A stretch of DNA of 64,000 bases from Bordetella parapertussis (GTDB lineage Bacteria; Pseudomonadota; Gammaproteobacteria; Burkholderiales; SG8-39), in the NCBI GenBank assembly GCA_945861875.1, contig CAMAWC010000004.1, positions 4,597 through 68,596 on the forward strand, given 5' to 3'. This document shows, piece after piece, positions 62,941-64,000 of the stretch (position 1 is its first letter; the number at the start of each line of letters is the position of its first letter). Both the position numbers and the translations under genes were made by a program. Under the pieces are notes generated by a model, which saw nothing but the letters and a program-made list of their open reading frames with translations, made no database searches and had not been told where the DNA came from.

Positions 62941-62981
62941 CCGCCGGCAGATTTGACTGTACCGGGCCGGCGGTGTATTTT
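62941..62981 (+). terminator. rho-independent terminator of purF
   Basis: 8-bp stem ccgccggc/gccggcgg with a 17-nt loop, followed by tgtattttc. Confidence 0.6.
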
Positions 62982-63044
62982 CGGTCTGCGCCGATTTGAG
63001 TGTCAGCTTGCGGGCGCGTAAAAAATACGGCTAAAGCGAGGGCA

Positions 63045-63077
63045 ACCCGTCCTGGCTTGGCGCCATGGCGGGTTTTT
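63045..63077 (+). promoter_or_regulatory. terminator-like hairpin plus U5 inside the metZ leader (candidate attenuator or riboswitch expression platform)
   Basis: acccgtcctggc...gccatggcgggt forms about 11 bp with bulges, followed by TTTTT 63073-63077. It ends 16 nt before the metZ ATG. Confidence 0.45.
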
Positions 63078-63093
63078 ACATTTAAGGCTTACG

Positions 63094-64000
63094 ATGTCCG
63101 AAAAATTCGATCTGGAAACACTGGCAGTGCGGGCCGGTATAGTGCGCAGCCAGTTCAACGAGCATTCCGAGGCGCTGTTCCTCACTTCGAGCTATGTGTT
63201 CGAGAACGCCGCGCAGGCGGCCGCCCGCTTCAGCGGGGCGGAGGCGGGGAATATTTACTCGCGCTTTACCAACCCGACGGTCAGCGCCTTCCAGGAGCGG
63301 CTGGCCGCCCTCGAGGGGGCGCAAGCCTGCATGGCGACGGCAAGCGGTATGTCGGCCATTCTTGTCTGCGCCATGACGGTGCTCAAGGCCGGAGACCATG
63401 TCATTGCAACGCACAGCCTGTTCGGTTCGACGGTGCAGTTGTTTGCCAACCAGATGTCCCGTTTTGGCGTGACGACCACATTTGTCGACCTGACCAAGCC
63501 CGAGCAGTGGCAGGCGGCGGTGCGCCCCGAAACACGCATGCTGTTTGTGGAGTCACCTTCCAATCCCCTGACGGAGATTGCCGACATTGCCGCTTTGGCC
63601 GACATCGCGCATCGTGCCGACGCTGTGCTGGTGGTGGACAATTGTTTTTGCAGCCCCGTGTTGCAGCGTCCGCTGGAATTTGGCGCGGACATCATCATCC
63701 ATTCGGCCACCAAATACCTCGATGGCCAGGGACGCGTGCTTGGTGGTGCAATCGTTGCGGACCGCAAGTACATCGACGAGAAGGTCTTGCCGTTTATGCG
63801 CAATGCCGGACCGGCCCTCAGCGCATTTAACGCCTGGGTGCTGCTCAAGGGGATGGAAACCCTGAAGATCAGGATGGAGGCGCAGTCAGCCAGCGCGCTG
63901 GAACTCGCCACCTGGCTGCAGGAACATCCGGGCGTGGAACGCGTTTATTACCCGGGCCTCTCATCACATCCGCAACATGCGTTGGCGATGAAGCAGCAAC
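63094..64000 (+). CDS. metZ: O-succinylhomoserine sulfhydrylase (3' end outside window)
   Basis: This frame is not in the supplied ORF track because it has no stop within the window. I translated it by eye: MSEKFDLETLAVRAG...NIYSRFTNPTV...HSATKYLDGQGR (PLP lysine). The frame stays open to the window end. Confidence 0.9.
   Translation, partial: MSEKFDLETLAVRAGIVRSQFNEHSEALFLTSSYVFENAAQAAARFSGAEAGNIYSRFTNPTVSAFQERLAALEGAQACMATASGMSAILVCAMTVLKAGDHVIATHSLFGSTVQLFANQMSRFGVTTTFVDLTKPEQWQAAVRPETRMLFVESPSNPLTEIADIAALADIAHRADAVLVVDNCFCSPVLQRPLEFGADIIIHSATKYLDGQGRVLGGAIVADRKYIDEKVLPFMRNAGPALSAFNAWVLLKGMETLKIRMEAQSASALELATWLQEHPGVERVYYPGLSSHPQHALAMKQQ

Noticed and set aside
63000-63830. 276-aa plus-strand ORF listed in the track near the window end
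   Set aside because: It is in the wrong frame. Frame +1 from ATG 63094 encodes a clean O-succinylhomoserine sulfhydrylase with the PLP-lysine motif HSATKYLDGQG. The listed ORF is Arg/Gly-rich nonsense.
1-64000. Search for CRISPR arrays, rRNA/tRNA genes, IS elements, integrases, prophage or toxin-antitoxin/defence modules
   Set aside because: None recognised. Every intergenic gap is shorter than about 410 bp and was read individually. Every ORF longer than 60 aa that is not a shadow was assigned to a metabolic, transport or housekeeping family. A tRNA or CM scan was not possible, so small RNAs cannot be fully excluded.

Overview
This is a GC-rich chromosomal window with a betaproteobacterial-type gene order and about 60 protein genes. 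I recognised no rRNA, tRNA, CRISPR array, transposase or integrase.

**Left third (about 1.6-19 kb).** This is a co-oriented anaerobic redox island. It carries hemG, NAD-malic enzyme, a monohaem cytochrome c, and a 7-haem cytochrome c fused to a dihaem-b-like membrane domain. It also carries a dihaem c5-type cytochrome and a 2-oxoacid:ferredoxin oxidoreductase (gamma/alpha/beta) whose missing delta-ferredoxin module is fused to a GltD-like NAD(P)H flavoprotein. E. coli-type frdABCD, tctBAC and a convergent RquA-like (rhodoquinone biosynthesis) gene complete it.

**Main result from reading the non-coding DNA.** I found eight FNR/CRP-family boxes (TTGAT-N4-ATCAA-like), all intergenic. Each has a -10-like hexamer (TAnnnT in seven cases, TAnnnG in one) starting 28.5-29.5 bp from the box centre. 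They precede hemG, maeA, the c::b cytochrome, the c5-OFOR-frd operon, tctBAC, rquA, a bifunctional kinase gene and an extradiol dioxygenase. The island therefore looks like one oxygen-responsive regulon built around rhodoquinone-dependent fumarate reduction.

**Middle third.** This part is accessory transport and catabolism:
- four Bug/TctC binding proteins across the window;
- an iph/tph-like Rieske oxygenase plus PdxA-type dehydrogenase module;
- a PQQ-dehydrogenase/cytochrome c/TonB-receptor operon;
- an orphan MlaF paralogue with an H-loop His-to-Tyr change;
- a membrane-anchored orphan TAXI protein.

**Right third.** This is the conserved housekeeping array leuC-ecn-leuD-leuB-asd-fimV-truA-trpF-trpB-[DNA methyltransferase]-trpA-accD-folC-SPOR-cvpA-purF-metZ.

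**Smaller oddities.**
- a 130-bp compound palindrome with ATTCCC-N8-GGGAAT cores;
- a small REP-like hairpin family;
- a perfect 92-bp duplication of the srkA 3' end;
- a terminator-like hairpin in the metZ leader.

All functional calls rest on by-eye motif and homology recognition. No database search was run.
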